Of a stretch of 64,000 bases of DNA, positions 1 through 12,967 are shown one piece after another. This DNA is from an uncultured delta proteobacterium (GTDB lineage: Bacteria > Myxococcota_A > Polyangia > Polyangiales > B10-G4): NCBI GenBank assembly GCA_963727445.1, contig CAVSGI010000010.1, forward strand, positions 480,001-544,000. Direction: 5' to 3'. Every line of letters begins with the position of its first letter. Position 1 is the stretch's first letter. The translations under genes and the position numbers were made by a program. The notes below the pieces were generated by a model, which was given only the letters and a program-made list of their open reading frames with translations, ran no database searches and was not told the origin of the DNA.

Positions 1-237
1 GGCGCGCTGCTGTTCGAGGGCATCTCCGCGGATCGCGTAGGGGACCGCGCAGCTGCAGCAGGCGCAACAGCCGGGGAAGTCGGTGACGACGCAGTCGGCG
101 TCGTCGTCGCATGCCTCTTCGGGGGCGATGAAGTGGTTCTCGCTGTCATCGTCGTTCGGTGAGGCTTCGGACGCGGAGGATCCGCCGCACCCGAAAGCGA
201 GCAAGAGGGCGAAGAGAAGGGGACGAAGGCGCGCCAT
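1..237 (-). CDS. Cys-rich lipoprotein (3' end outside the window)
   Basis: Not in the ORF track; manual translation gives MARLRPLLFALLLAFGC (lipobox)...ACDDDADCVVTDFPGCCACCSC. Its ATG overlaps the upstream TGA (ATGA coupling at 237). Confidence 0.75.
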   Translation of the reverse strand, partial: MARLRPLLFALLLAFGCGGSSASEASPNDDDSENHFIAPEEACDDDADCVVTDFPGCCACCSCAVPYAIRGDALEQQRA

Positions 238-1451
238 CAGCTGGACTTCTCCCATTCCACGCGCGGGTCGTAGTCCGGGTCGGGCGTCGCCTGTGCGGGG
301 CGCTCGGCCTCGGGGACGTTGCGGAGGTTCAGCCGGATGCGGGTCCAGGTGGTGTAGCGGCCTCGCATGGCATCCACCAGAACGTCCGCGGGCTCGAGGC
401 AGGCGGCCGCCTTGGGGTGCTTCGCTTTCCATCGTTCGAGGCCGGCGAGGGCGTCCTCCTTCTTCTTCGCCTGCGCGACGGTGACGAGAGGAATGCGCGC
501 TCGCCGAACGCTGCTCGTCTCCCGCGCGGGGCCGTCCTCCGCGTCCTGTCGATGGGCGAGCTCCAAGAGCGCCTCGAGAGAGAACGCCGCGTCATCGATC
601 CCCGCGTGAGGGTCGCCGCCCGTCGCAAAGCGCGCCGGCATCGTCTTCATCGTGAAGTCGGCGGGGTCGCAGTCGGCGAGCTCCTCCCAGGTGAGCGGCG
701 CCGACACCCGCGCGTCCGGCCGCGGCCGTACCGAGTACGCCGACGCCACCGTCTTGTCCTTCGCGTTCTGGTTGTAGTCGAGGAAGACTCCGTGGCGCTC
801 TTCCTTCCACCACGCAGCGGTCGCGAGCTTCGGCGCCCGCTTCTCGACGTCGCGCGCGACCGCGAGCGCCGCGCGCCTCACGTCGTCGAAGCCCCACTTG
901 CGCTCGATGCGTACGTAGATGTGGATCCCGCGCGAGCCGCTCGTCTTCGGCCAGCCGACCAGGCCCTGCGCGTCGAGGCTTTCGCGGGTGACCATGGCGA
1001 CGTCGCGGATCTGCGCCCATTCGACGCCCGGCACCGGGTCGAGATCGATCCGCAGCTCGTCGGGGTGTTCGAGGTCGTCCGCCCGGATCGCGTGCGGGTT
1101 CAGGTCGAGACATCCCATCTGCGCGCACCAGATCAACGCAGCCGGATGGTCGATCACCAGCTCCTCCGCTTTGCGGCCGGAGGGAAACGAGAGCGTCACC
1201 GTCTTCGTCCACTCGGGTCGCGTCTTGGGCACGCGCTTCTGGTAGAAGGGATCCTCCCCGATCCCGTTCACGAAGCGCTTCATGACGAAGGGACGATTCA
1301 TCACACCGCGAAGCGCGCCCTCGGCGACCGCCAGGTAGTACTGGATGAGGTCGAGCTTGGTGAGGCCCGCCTCGGGGAAGTAGACCTTGTCCGGGCTCGA
1401 GATACTGACTTCGCGCCCTGCGACTTCGAAGGCGATTCGCTTCTTGGCCAT
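237..1451 (-). CDS. Stand-alone LigD-type primase-polymerase (AEP, Prim-PolC/PolDom-like) with C-terminal extension
   Basis: ISSPDKVYFP..TKLDLIQYY, MKRFVNG, FYQK, PDELRIDLDP, KTSGSRGIHIY, FLDYNQN, ASAYSVRP motifs; start at MAKKRIAF; no ligase or PE domain. Confidence 0.92.
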   Translation of the reverse strand: MAKKRIAFEVAGREVSISSPDKVYFPEAGLTKLDLIQYYLAVAEGALRGVMNRPFVMKRFVNGIGEDPFYQKRVPKTRPEWTKTVTLSFPSGRKAEELVIDHPAALIWCAQMGCLDLNPHAIRADDLEHPDELRIDLDPVPGVEWAQIRDVAMVTRESLDAQGLVGWPKTSGSRGIHIYVRIERKWGFDDVRRAALAVARDVEKRAPKLATAAWWKEERHGVFLDYNQNAKDKTVASAYSVRPRPDARVSAPLTWEELADCDPADFTMKTMPARFATGGDPHAGIDDAAFSLEALLELAHRQDAEDGPARETSSVRRARIPLVTVAQAKKKEDALAGLERWKAKHPKAAACLEPADVLVDAMRGRYTTWTRIRLNLRNVPEAERPAQATPDPDYDPRVEWEKSS

Positions 1452-1502
1452 CGGATGCGAGCATACGTTGACGCTGATGCCGCCGGCCAACAGACTCGGA
1501 GG

Positions 1503-2624
1503 ATGCGTCTCATCGGCTCGCTCCTCCTCCTCGCGCTCATGTCGGGGTGTCCCAAGTCGCGAACACGAACCATCGGGGACGCGAGCATGCCCATCGACGG
1601 GACGCTCCCCCTCGACTCCGCTCCCGTCGACTCCGCCGCCGACAGTCGCCTGCCGCCCGGGCCGGCGAACGAGCTCGACGTCCTCTTCGTCGTCGACAAC
1701 TCCAACTCGATGGCCGAGGAGCAGGTCTCCTTCGCGGAGCAGCTGCCGGGCTTCATCGGGGGTCTCGGCGACCGATACCCGGCCGTGCACGTCGGCGTGG
1801 TCACCACCGACATGGGCACGGGGGGCTTCCTGGTCCCCACCTGCTCCGAGCCGAACTTCGGCGACGACGGCGTGCTCCGCGCGGCGGGCAACACCGCGCT
1901 CTCGGGCTGCGAAGCGACCTATCCGCCGTTCCTCGTCTACGATCCGGCGACGGACGACCCCGATGCCTTCGCTTCGAGCCTCGCGTGCGTCGCCAGCGCC
2001 GGCACCGGCGGCTGCGGTTTCGAGCAGCCCCTCGAGGCGATGCTCAAGGCCGTCACCCCCTCGACCGTCGGCGCGACCGGGCGCTTCGACGGAACCTTCT
2101 CGATGGGCACGACGGGCCACGCCGACCTCGAGAATGCCGGCTTCCTCGGTCCCAACGCCGACCTGCTCCTGGTCCTGCTCAGCGACGAAGAGGACTGCTC
2201 CGCCCTCGATCCCGAGCTCTTCAACCCCTCGAGCGCGATCTACACGGGGGACCTGAACCTGCGCTGCTACTCCTATCCCGGGGCCATCCAGCCGGTGGAG
2301 CGCTACGTCGACGGCCTGCTCGCCGGCCGCGATCCCCGCCGCGTCCACTACGTGCCGATCGCCGGCATTCCCACCTACGTCGCGGGCACCGACTACGAGG
2401 GCATCCTCTCCGATCCCTCGATGCAGGAGATGATCGATCCCGACGTGCCCACGCGGCTGAGACCTTCGTGCAACGTCGCGGGTCGCGGCTTCGCGTTCGC
2501 ACCCCGCCGGATGGTGGAGGTCGGCCGACAGCTCGACGATCGGGGTGCTGCGGTGACCATCCAGTCCGTCTGCGAGGCCGACTTCAGCCCGGCCTTCGAC
2601 GCCATCGACGCGCTCTTGCGCTGA
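1503..2624 (+). CDS. Myxobacterial vWA-like Cys-rich lipoprotein
   Basis: Lipobox LLLALMSGC; MIDAS-like LDVLFVVDNSNSM; GCGFEQPLEA; LSDEEDCS. Confidence 0.8.
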   Translation: MRLIGSLLLLALMSGCPKSRTRTIGDASMPIDGTLPLDSAPVDSAADSRLPPGPANELDVLFVVDNSNSMAEEQVSFAEQLPGFIGGLGDRYPAVHVGVVTTDMGTGGFLVPTCSEPNFGDDGVLRAAGNTALSGCEATYPPFLVYDPATDDPDAFASSLACVASAGTGGCGFEQPLEAMLKAVTPSTVGATGRFDGTFSMGTTGHADLENAGFLGPNADLLLVLLSDEEDCSALDPELFNPSSAIYTGDLNLRCYSYPGAIQPVERYVDGLLAGRDPRRVHYVPIAGIPTYVAGTDYEGILSDPSMQEMIDPDVPTRLRPSCNVAGRGFAFAPRRMVEVGRQLDDRGAAVTIQSVCEADFSPAFDAIDALLR

Positions 2625-2637
2625 GGGGTCGCTCTGG

Positions 2638-3261
2638 CTACTCCGCGGCGGCCCCGCAGGGGGCGCTGTCGGGGTTCGCCTCGCAGTGCGCGTCCATCGC
2701 GCTCGAGACCGCGTCTTCGAGCCGCGTCAGGCCCGCTTCGCGACCGAGGGAGAGCGCCTCCTCTTTGCTCAGGCCCTGCACGAAGAAGGCGCGGAGCGCC
2801 ACCATCGCGCCGGCGCGGTTGCCGCTGGCGCAGTGAAGGACGGTGGTGCTCTCCGCGTCGCCGATCGCCTCGTCCACCTCGCGCGCCTCGTCCTCGGTCA
2901 GATCCGCGGCGCCGGCGATGGGGATCGAGACGAAGGTCATGCCCATCTCCTCCACCATCGCCTGCTCGTCGCTGGCGCCGGGCTCCTCGGGCGTTCGAAG
3001 GCTGATCACCGTCGTGACGCCGAGGTCCCGCGCCCGCTCCAGCGCTTCGCGGTCGGGCATCCCGCCCGTGATGAGGCCGCTGAGCAGATGGCGTTCGTTG
3101 GGCAGACCCAGCGACGGCTCCACGCTCCCGCCCGCAGTCGCCTCGCTCTGGGCGGGTGTCGCCGCCCCACTGCTCTGATCGTCAGCATCGGCCTGCGCGC
3201 CGCCGCCACCGCAGGCCGATATCCACAGAGTCGAGAGCACGAGAAGAAACGCGATTCGCAT
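2638..3261 (-). CDS. Lipoprotein with PTP-fold CX5R domain (DUF442/TIGR01244-like phosphatase or sulfurtransferase)
   Basis: Lipobox WISAC; GVTTVISLR..E; active-site loop LHCASGNRAG. Confidence 0.8.
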   Translation of the reverse strand: MRIAFLLVLSTLWISACGGGGAQADADDQSSGAATPAQSEATAGGSVEPSLGLPNERHLLSGLITGGMPDREALERARDLGVTTVISLRTPEEPGASDEQAMVEEMGMTFVSIPIAGAADLTEDEAREVDEAIGDAESTTVLHCASGNRAGAMVALRAFFVQGLSKEEALSLGREAGLTRLEDAVSSAMDAHCEANPDSAPCGAAAE

Positions 3262-3295
3262 GTCCCGGAGGATACTTGATATGGTCCCCGGCGAC

Positions 3296-5263
3296 ATGGG
3301 TACACCCCTCGCCACCATCGACATCGTCATCGTCATCGGCTTCCTCGTGCTGGTGACGATCGTCGGCTACGCGATGAGTCGCGTCGCCTCTCAGGGGCTC
3401 GAGGACTACTTCCTCGGCGGCAACAAGATCCCGTGGTGGGTCCTCGGCATCTCCACCTCGACATCGAACTTCGACATGTCGGGGACGATGATCATCGTCG
3501 CGGTCGTCTTCAGCCTCGGCTACAAGGGCTTCCTCGTCGAGATGCGCGGCGGCGTGGGCCTGGCTCTCGCTTTCCTCCTCGTTTCCGTGGGCAAGTGGCT
3601 ACGCCGTAGCCGGGTCATGACGCCCGCCGAATGGATGAAGATCCGCTTCGGCGTCGACAAGCCGGGACGCCTCGCCCATCTGCTCAGCGCCATCGCCAAC
3701 ATCGTGCTCTCCCTCGGCATGATCATCTACTTCTCGAAGGGCGCCGGGAAGTTCCTCACGCACTTCATCCCCGTCTCCGAGGTCTGGGCGACCGCGGGCA
3801 TGGTCGCGATCGGCCTCTTCTACACGCTCATGAGCGGCCTCTACGGCGTCGTCTTCACCGACGTCATCCAGATGATCCTGCTCAGCTTCACCGCGCTCTT
3901 CGTCACGGTGAACGCCTACGGGATGACGCCCGAGATCACGCTCCCCGAAGGCTTCCTCTCACTCGACCTCGAGTCGCCTGCGGCGATGGGGGAGGCGCTG
4001 CTGGCGCGTGACCCGGCGACCTGGGATCCGATCTTCAACATGTTCGGCATCTGCGTCGTCATGTGGATCTTCCGCTCCACCCTCGAAGGCATGGGCGGGA
4101 TCGGTGGCTACACCGACCAGCGCTTCTTCGCCGCGCGGAGCGAGCGCGAGGCGAGCCTCCTCACCCTCGAGGCCGTCGTCCTCTCGGTCATGCGCTGGAC
4201 CATGGTCGCGGGCCTGGTGGTGATGGCCTTCCACCTCGTGCAGTCGGGCGGTGAGGGTGCCGAGATGGTCGTCGACGATCCGGAGCAGGTGCTCCCGGTG
4301 GTCCTCGGGCACCTGTTGCCGGCCGGGATCCGCGGCGTGGTTCTCGCCGGGCTCATCGCCGCCGCCATGAGCACCTTCGACTCGACGCTCAACGCGGGCG
4401 CCAGCTACATCGTCCGCGACGTCTACGAGACCTACATCAACCCCGAGGCCACGCAGAAGCAGCTCATCCGCGTCTCCCATCTCGCGACCATCGGCCTGTG
4501 CATCGGCGGCGTGGGGCTCGCGGCCATCGTCCCGAACATCAACCAGATCTGGGGGCTCATCACCATGGGTCTGGGCGCTGGCCTCTTCGTGCCGCTCTTC
4601 CTCCGCTGGTACTGGCCGCGCTTCAACGGCTACGGCTTCGCCGCCGGCACTGGCGCCGGCATCGTGAGCGCGTTGATCTTCAACGCGGCCCTCTCGTGGC
4701 CTCTCTACTACTCCTTCCCGACCATCATCGGTTGTGCGCTCGCCGCCTCGGTCCTCACCACCCTCGCGACGCCTGCGCCCGACGAGGAGCTCCTCCTCGA
4801 CTTCTTCGAGCAGATCAATCCGTGGGGGCTGTGGTGGGGCGTCGCGCTCCGCGCCCAGGAGACGGGCCGCCTCACGAGGGAGCAGCTCATGTCGCGAACC
4901 TGGGAGCGCATCAACGACGGCATCGCCCTCTTCTTCTCGATCCCCTTCCAGATCTCTCTCCTCCTCGGAGGCATGGCGCTCGTCTTCCACGACTGGACGA
5001 AGTTCTCCTACTTCTTCATGGTCTCGGTGATCTGCGCCTTCGGTCTGTACTTCTTCTGGTATCGCAACCTGAAGTCGACCGAGGAGTGCGCGGCGGAGGA
5101 CGAGAAGTACAACGGCCGGCTCGCCGCCCTGGTGGCGAGGGCGGAGGGCCGCCCCGCCCCGGCCCACGTGGAGACCGTGGCACAGGTCGAAGCCTCGGCC
5201 CACGTCGGCGAGGATGAAGACCGCAACGACGACGACGACGACGACGACGAATCCGACGACTGA
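3296..5263 (+). CDS. Sodium:solute symporter (SSS family), probably a sugar importer
   Basis: DYFLGGNKIPWW, GVVFTDVIQ, QRFFAA, GLIAAAMSTFDSTLN; many TM segments; acidic tail. Start uncertain (3260/3281/3296). Confidence 0.9.
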   Translation: MGTPLATIDIVIVIGFLVLVTIVGYAMSRVASQGLEDYFLGGNKIPWWVLGISTSTSNFDMSGTMIIVAVVFSLGYKGFLVEMRGGVGLALAFLLVSVGKWLRRSRVMTPAEWMKIRFGVDKPGRLAHLLSAIANIVLSLGMIIYFSKGAGKFLTHFIPVSEVWATAGMVAIGLFYTLMSGLYGVVFTDVIQMILLSFTALFVTVNAYGMTPEITLPEGFLSLDLESPAAMGEALLARDPATWDPIFNMFGICVVMWIFRSTLEGMGGIGGYTDQRFFAARSEREASLLTLEAVVLSVMRWTMVAGLVVMAFHLVQSGGEGAEMVVDDPEQVLPVVLGHLLPAGIRGVVLAGLIAAAMSTFDSTLNAGASYIVRDVYETYINPEATQKQLIRVSHLATIGLCIGGVGLAAIVPNINQIWGLITMGLGAGLFVPLFLRWYWPRFNGYGFAAGTGAGIVSALIFNAALSWPLYYSFPTIIGCALAASVLTTLATPAPDEELLLDFFEQINPWGLWWGVALRAQETGRLTREQLMSRTWERINDGIALFFSIPFQISLLLGGMALVFHDWTKFSYFFMVSVICAFGLYFFWYRNLKSTEECAAEDEKYNGRLAALVARAEGRPAPAHVETVAQVEASAHVGEDEDRNDDDDDDDESDD

Positions 5264-5269
5264 CGCGCG

Positions 5270-6670
5270 ATGTACGCACCGACGGGATTTTCGGGCTCCG
5301 AGCTCGGAGACGTGGAGGTGGTCTTTCACGACGGCCGCTTCCATCTCTTTCACCTGAACCTGCCCAACCACGACGTGATCGCTCACGCCGTCTCCCCCGA
5401 CGGGATCCGCTGGGAGCCCAGGCGCGCCGCGCTCCACACGGGTCCTGCTGGAAGCTTCGACGACGACCAGCTGTGGACGATGAGCGTTCAGCCGTGGGGC
5501 GGACGCTTCTACATGCTCTACACGGCGCTCAGTCGCTCCGATGGCGGTCGGGTGCAGCGGATGGGGCTCGCCATCAGCGACGATCTCGAGCGCTGGGAGA
5601 AGCACCCCGGTCCGGTCAGCGAGGCGGTCGCGCCCTATCGCACGGACCGCGATGGCGCGCCTTGGGTCGCGTGGCGTGACCCCAAGCCCGTGATCCTCGA
5701 CGACGGCCGGGTCCACGTCGTGCTCTGCGCCCGCGATCCCAGCGCCCCCGCCCTACGACAGGGGGCGGTGGCGCACCTGGTGAGCGACGACATGAAAGCG
5801 TGGCAGGTGCTGCCACCCCTCTTCGCGCCGAGACAGCACTACGAGATCGAATGCCCTCAGCTCTTCACTCGGGGTGAGCGCCTCTACCTCACGGCGGCGG
5901 TGCTCGAAGCGCGGGAGCAGCGGTACTGGATCGCCGACTCCCTCGAGGGCCCCTTCCGCATCCCGCGCCGCGCTGCGCTGATGCCGCCCCGCTGCTACGC
6001 CGCGAGGGTGTGCGCGGTGGGAGACGAGCGCTGGGTCTTCGGCTTCCACGATCCCGGCGGGGGCCGCGGCCTCCGGGATCGGATCTATCCCTCCGCTCTG
6101 CTCCTCGACGCCGCTGAGGACGGCGAGCTCGCGTCGCGCCGATGCCCCGGTTGGGATGCGCTGGCTGCGTCCGCCGAGAGCCTCGCGCCCGAACGGCTCG
6201 AGGCCCGCTTCGGGCTGGCGGACGCGCGCCGACAGGGGCGGACCTTCATCGCCGAGAGCGGGATGGAGCTCTTCTCGTGCCCCCGCCCCGAAGACGCGAT
6301 CATGACCCTCGAGGTGGAGGTCGACGCGCCGCTCTTCGGCGTGGCCCTCGACGCAGGCCCCGACGGCCGCGGGACCTTCCTCGAGCTCGACTGTGGAGCG
6401 CGGACGGCGCGCCTGGTGACCTACGTATCGGCGGAGCAGGACGACCACCCGTGGTTTGGCCGGCGCGTGCTCTCGGAGGGCGCTTTCGAGCCCGCGGCGC
6501 GGAGCGTCGTCGAGGTGATCTGCGCGGCGGGGGAGGTGATCGTCTCGGTGGACGGCCGCGCCATCCTCTCCACCCATCGTCGCCCCGTGGCCCCTGCGTG
6601 CGTCGGCCTCCTCGTCGCCTCCGGGCGCGTACAGCTCGAGTCGGGCTCCGTTCGCTCCGTCGCGCTCTGA
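5270..6670 (+). CDS. GH32/clan GH-J glycoside hydrolase (beta-fructofuranosidase-like), cytoplasmic
   Basis: FHLFHL..AHAVSPDGIRW, WRDP and EIECP motifs, C-terminal beta-sandwich-like region; no signal peptide; 6 bp after the symporter. Confidence 0.8.
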   Translation: MYAPTGFSGSELGDVEVVFHDGRFHLFHLNLPNHDVIAHAVSPDGIRWEPRRAALHTGPAGSFDDDQLWTMSVQPWGGRFYMLYTALSRSDGGRVQRMGLAISDDLERWEKHPGPVSEAVAPYRTDRDGAPWVAWRDPKPVILDDGRVHVVLCARDPSAPALRQGAVAHLVSDDMKAWQVLPPLFAPRQHYEIECPQLFTRGERLYLTAAVLEAREQRYWIADSLEGPFRIPRRAALMPPRCYAARVCAVGDERWVFGFHDPGGGRGLRDRIYPSALLLDAAEDGELASRRCPGWDALAASAESLAPERLEARFGLADARRQGRTFIAESGMELFSCPRPEDAIMTLEVEVDAPLFGVALDAGPDGRGTFLELDCGARTARLVTYVSAEQDDHPWFGRRVLSEGAFEPAARSVVEVICAAGEVIVSVDGRAILSTHRRPVAPACVGLLVASGRVQLESGSVRSVAL

Positions 6671-6728
6671 TGCGCCCCCGCCTGATCGAGTGGTGCTAAG
6701 ATCGGTCGCGGGTAGGTCGAGAGCTTTG

Positions 6729-7556
6729 ATGCGTCGTGTTCTTCCGGTTCTCCTGGTCGTCGTCGCCAGCGCGCCGAACGTCGCCTTCGCGGGAGAGGAT
6801 TGCCCCGGGATCTGTCCCCTCGGCCAGGTGTGCGTGCAGGGGCAGTGCGTGCCCGAAGCCGACGCCCCCTCCGCTGGGGGTGGCGTGGTGATGACGCCCC
6901 AGACGACGACGCCTCAAACGCCGACGCCGACACCCACCCCTGCCACCTCGACCATCCCGATCCAGGAGCAGACCTCCATCCCGATCAGCGATCAGACCAT
7001 CGCCTCGGTCCCGACCCCAGAGGTCGACCCCTGGGCGCGCCTGTACTCGATCACCGTCGATCCCCTCGGCTTCGCCCTCTACGGCCCGTCCCTGAAGTTC
7101 GAGGTGGGCACCTTCATCTCCGGCTACGCGCGGGTGCGTTTTCCGAATGCCGGCCTCGTCCACGTCGCCCAGAACATCGGCGACACGGAGTTCGACTGGG
7201 GCTTCTCTGCGGGCGGCGGCATCCGCGGCTACGTGGGTCGAGAGAGCCAACAGGGTTTCCTCTTCGGCGCCGGCTTCGAGATCGCCCACACCGTCCGGCG
7301 CTCGGACGATCAAGACACGAGCGGCGCATCGCTGGCGCGGTGGAGCACGACCTCCTTCATGCCCGGTCTCGAGATCGGCTATCGCCTGGTCACCACCACC
7401 GGCTTCACCTTCACCGTCTCGGGCGGCGCGTTCTATGTCCTCAATCTCGGCTTCGATCTACAGGGGAGCTTCACATCCCCAGGTCGAGACCCACCCACGC
7501 CCACCGACGGCGACGTCTACCCCCTCGTCCAACTCGACCTGGGCTACGCCTTCTGA
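6729..7556 (+). CDS. Exported protein with Cys-rich N-terminus, Pro/Thr linker and probable outer-membrane beta-barrel
   Basis: Signal peptide ending VAFA; alternating-strand pattern; C-terminal LDLGYAF beta-signal. Confidence 0.7.
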   Translation: MRRVLPVLLVVVASAPNVAFAGEDCPGICPLGQVCVQGQCVPEADAPSAGGGVVMTPQTTTPQTPTPTPTPATSTIPIQEQTSIPISDQTIASVPTPEVDPWARLYSITVDPLGFALYGPSLKFEVGTFISGYARVRFPNAGLVHVAQNIGDTEFDWGFSAGGGIRGYVGRESQQGFLFGAGFEIAHTVRRSDDQDTSGASLARWSTTSFMPGLEIGYRLVTTTGFTFTVSGGAFYVLNLGFDLQGSFTSPGRDPPTPTDGDVYPLVQLDLGYAF

Positions 7557-7558
7557 GC

Positions 7559-7589
7559 GGGGACGCTAGATTGACAATTGACTTCTGAC
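7559..7589 (+). repeat. Left inverted repeat
   Basis: GGGGACGCTAGATTGACAATTGACTTCTGAC, 2 bp after the upstream stop; matches the reverse complement of 8518-8551 apart from small indels. Confidence 0.9.
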
Positions 7590-7622
7590 GCAACGGAGCG
7601 CCCGTGAGCCCGACAAGGGTCC

Positions 7623-11125
<3,503 letters not shown>

Positions 11126-11141
11126 GCTATACTCGCTCTCG

Positions 11142-11756
11142 ATGCGGGTGAGCTCTTTCTTCTTCGTCCTGTCGACGCTCGGCGCCCTCGGGTGCAACGG
11201 CGGGAGCGCCGAGCCCATGGCCGGCAGCGATCCGGAGGCGGATCTGCCGCCGGGAGACGTCGGCGATTTCGATGACTCCAAGGCGGACCTCGGTGCCATC
11301 GAGTGGCGGCGGCCCGAGGAGCCCACCACCTTCACCATCGGCGAGTCCCATCCGGCCTCGATCGACTACAGCCAGTGCTACGAGGTCCCGACCGACGATC
11401 CGATGACCGACATCCACATCGTCTGCGATCCAGCCTGGAGCGAGGTGGAGTGGTTCCGGGTGGACCCCGCGGACGTGGCCGCGGCCATCGAGGACGGCCG
11501 GCCCACCCTCGTCGTGCGCTTCGACCCGCAGATCGAGGGCGAGCAACTCCTGCTTCGCGCCTCGATCCACGCGGTGGATGACGCGGGGGAGACCACCCGC
11601 CTCGAGTCCCTGGCCCAGCTCTTCGCCGGCGACACCATCTCCCACACCTTCGAGGCCGCTTCGGAGATCTATGTGTACGTGGGGCATGGGCGGACCCTCG
11701 TCGGTCCCTGGGACACCGGGACCATCGACTTCGTCGTCACCCCCTATTTCGAATGA
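11142..11756 (+). CDS. Acidic lipoprotein of unknown function
   Basis: Lipobox LGALGC; DSKAD motif after the linker. Confidence 0.75.
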   Translation: MRVSSFFFVLSTLGALGCNGGSAEPMAGSDPEADLPPGDVGDFDDSKADLGAIEWRRPEEPTTFTIGESHPASIDYSQCYEVPTDDPMTDIHIVCDPAWSEVEWFRVDPADVAAAIEDGRPTLVVRFDPQIEGEQLLLRASIHAVDDAGETTRLESLAQLFAGDTISHTFEAASEIYVYVGHGRTLVGPWDTGTIDFVVTPYFE

Positions 11757-11806
11757 GGGTGGGCTTGAAGCGCCCCTCTCCGCAGGCGAAGCTATTCGTG
11801 GTGCGG

Positions 11807-12967
11807 ATGGCTTCCCTGGCCCTGGTGGTGAGCGCGCTCTTCGGCGCAGGGCTTGCGCATGCCCAATGTGCAACGGTGGGCGCGACCTGTGACGACGGCA
11901 ACTACTGCACGACGGGCGACACCTGCAACGCGTCCCTCGAATGCATCCCCTCCGGGACGAGAAGCTGCGCTGACGGCGACCTCTGTACCGACGATACCTG
12001 CAACGAGAGCGCCGACCGCTGTGAACACTCACCCGCGGCCGCGGGAACGACATGCTTCGATGGCCAGTTCTGCACCATGGGTGACACCTGCGACGGGGCG
12101 GGCAACTGCACCTCCGGCTCGCCCCGGAGCTGCGACGACGGCCACGACTGCACCACCGACTCCTGCGACGAGATGGCTGACACCTGCGTCAACGATCTCG
12201 ACCCCGGTGCATGTCTGATCCGTGGGGACTGCTACGTCGAAGGCGACTTCGATCCGCGGACAATGAACCCCTGCGATCAGTGCATCCCCTCGCGCTCGGC
12301 GAATCGCTTTCTCCAGGCCGAAACGGGCACCGTCTGCGGCCCGGGCGCCTGCAGCGGGGGCGTCTTCACCTCCGAGTCGATTTGCGACACGACCGGGACC
12401 TGTGTGACGGGGACGACGGCGCCCTGCGATTCCGGCGTGTGTGCCGACGTGACGGCCTGCGTGGGCTGCTTGGCCGACGGGGATTGCGCGCCCGACGAAT
12501 ACTGCTCGGGGACCGGCTGCGCCGCAAAGCTCGATGTCGGTGAGTCGTGTCTTCGCGACACCGCGTGCACGAGTGGCGAGTGTGCCGACGGAGTCTGCTG
12601 CAGCGGCGTGTGCGATGGCCCCTGCCTCAGCTGCGCGATGATGGGAATGGCCGGGACCTGCGTCGCCTATGCCGCTGGCACCGATCCCGAGGCAGGCTGC
12701 GGCGCCATGGGCTGCGACGGAACGGGCGCGTGCATCGACGAGCCGATGGCGGACGCCTCGGTCGACTCGAGCATCGATGCGAGCATCCCCGTGGACGGAG
12801 GGGATGCGACCGTCGGCCCCGACGGGAGCGAGGGCAACGGGCTGACCGCTCACGGGTCGGGTTGCGTCGCCTGCGCGGTTGGCGCGACCGACGAGCGCCG
12901 GGTTCCTGCGCTCCTCGCCCTGGGCGCTGTGTTCGCGGCGCTCGGCTTCAGGCGTCGGCGCCGCTGA
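11807..12967 (+). CDS. Exported Cys-rich repeat protein with MYXO-CTERM-like tail
   Basis: Signal peptide (LAHA); CDDGNxCTxDxC repeats; C-terminal GCVACAVG-TM-RRRRR. Confidence 0.82.
   Translation: MASLALVVSALFGAGLAHAQCATVGATCDDGNYCTTGDTCNASLECIPSGTRSCADGDLCTDDTCNESADRCEHSPAAAGTTCFDGQFCTMGDTCDGAGNCTSGSPRSCDDGHDCTTDSCDEMADTCVNDLDPGACLIRGDCYVEGDFDPRTMNPCDQCIPSRSANRFLQAETGTVCGPGACSGGVFTSESICDTTGTCVTGTTAPCDSGVCADVTACVGCLADGDCAPDEYCSGTGCAAKLDVGESCLRDTACTSGECADGVCCSGVCDGPCLSCAMMGMAGTCVAYAAGTDPEAGCGAMGCDGTGACIDEPMADASVDSSIDASIPVDGGDATVGPDGSEGNGLTAHGSGCVACAVGATDERRVPALLALGAVFAALGFRRRRR

Noticed and set aside
159..1502. N-terminal half of the 821-aa ORF, and the 1452-2348 extension of the 703-aa ORF
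   Set aside because: Each is antisense to the real neighbouring gene; true starts are 1503 (+) and 1451 (-).
7571..7600. TTGACA in the left repeat as a sigma-70 -35 box
   Set aside because: No recognisable -10 box at 16-18 bp spacing.
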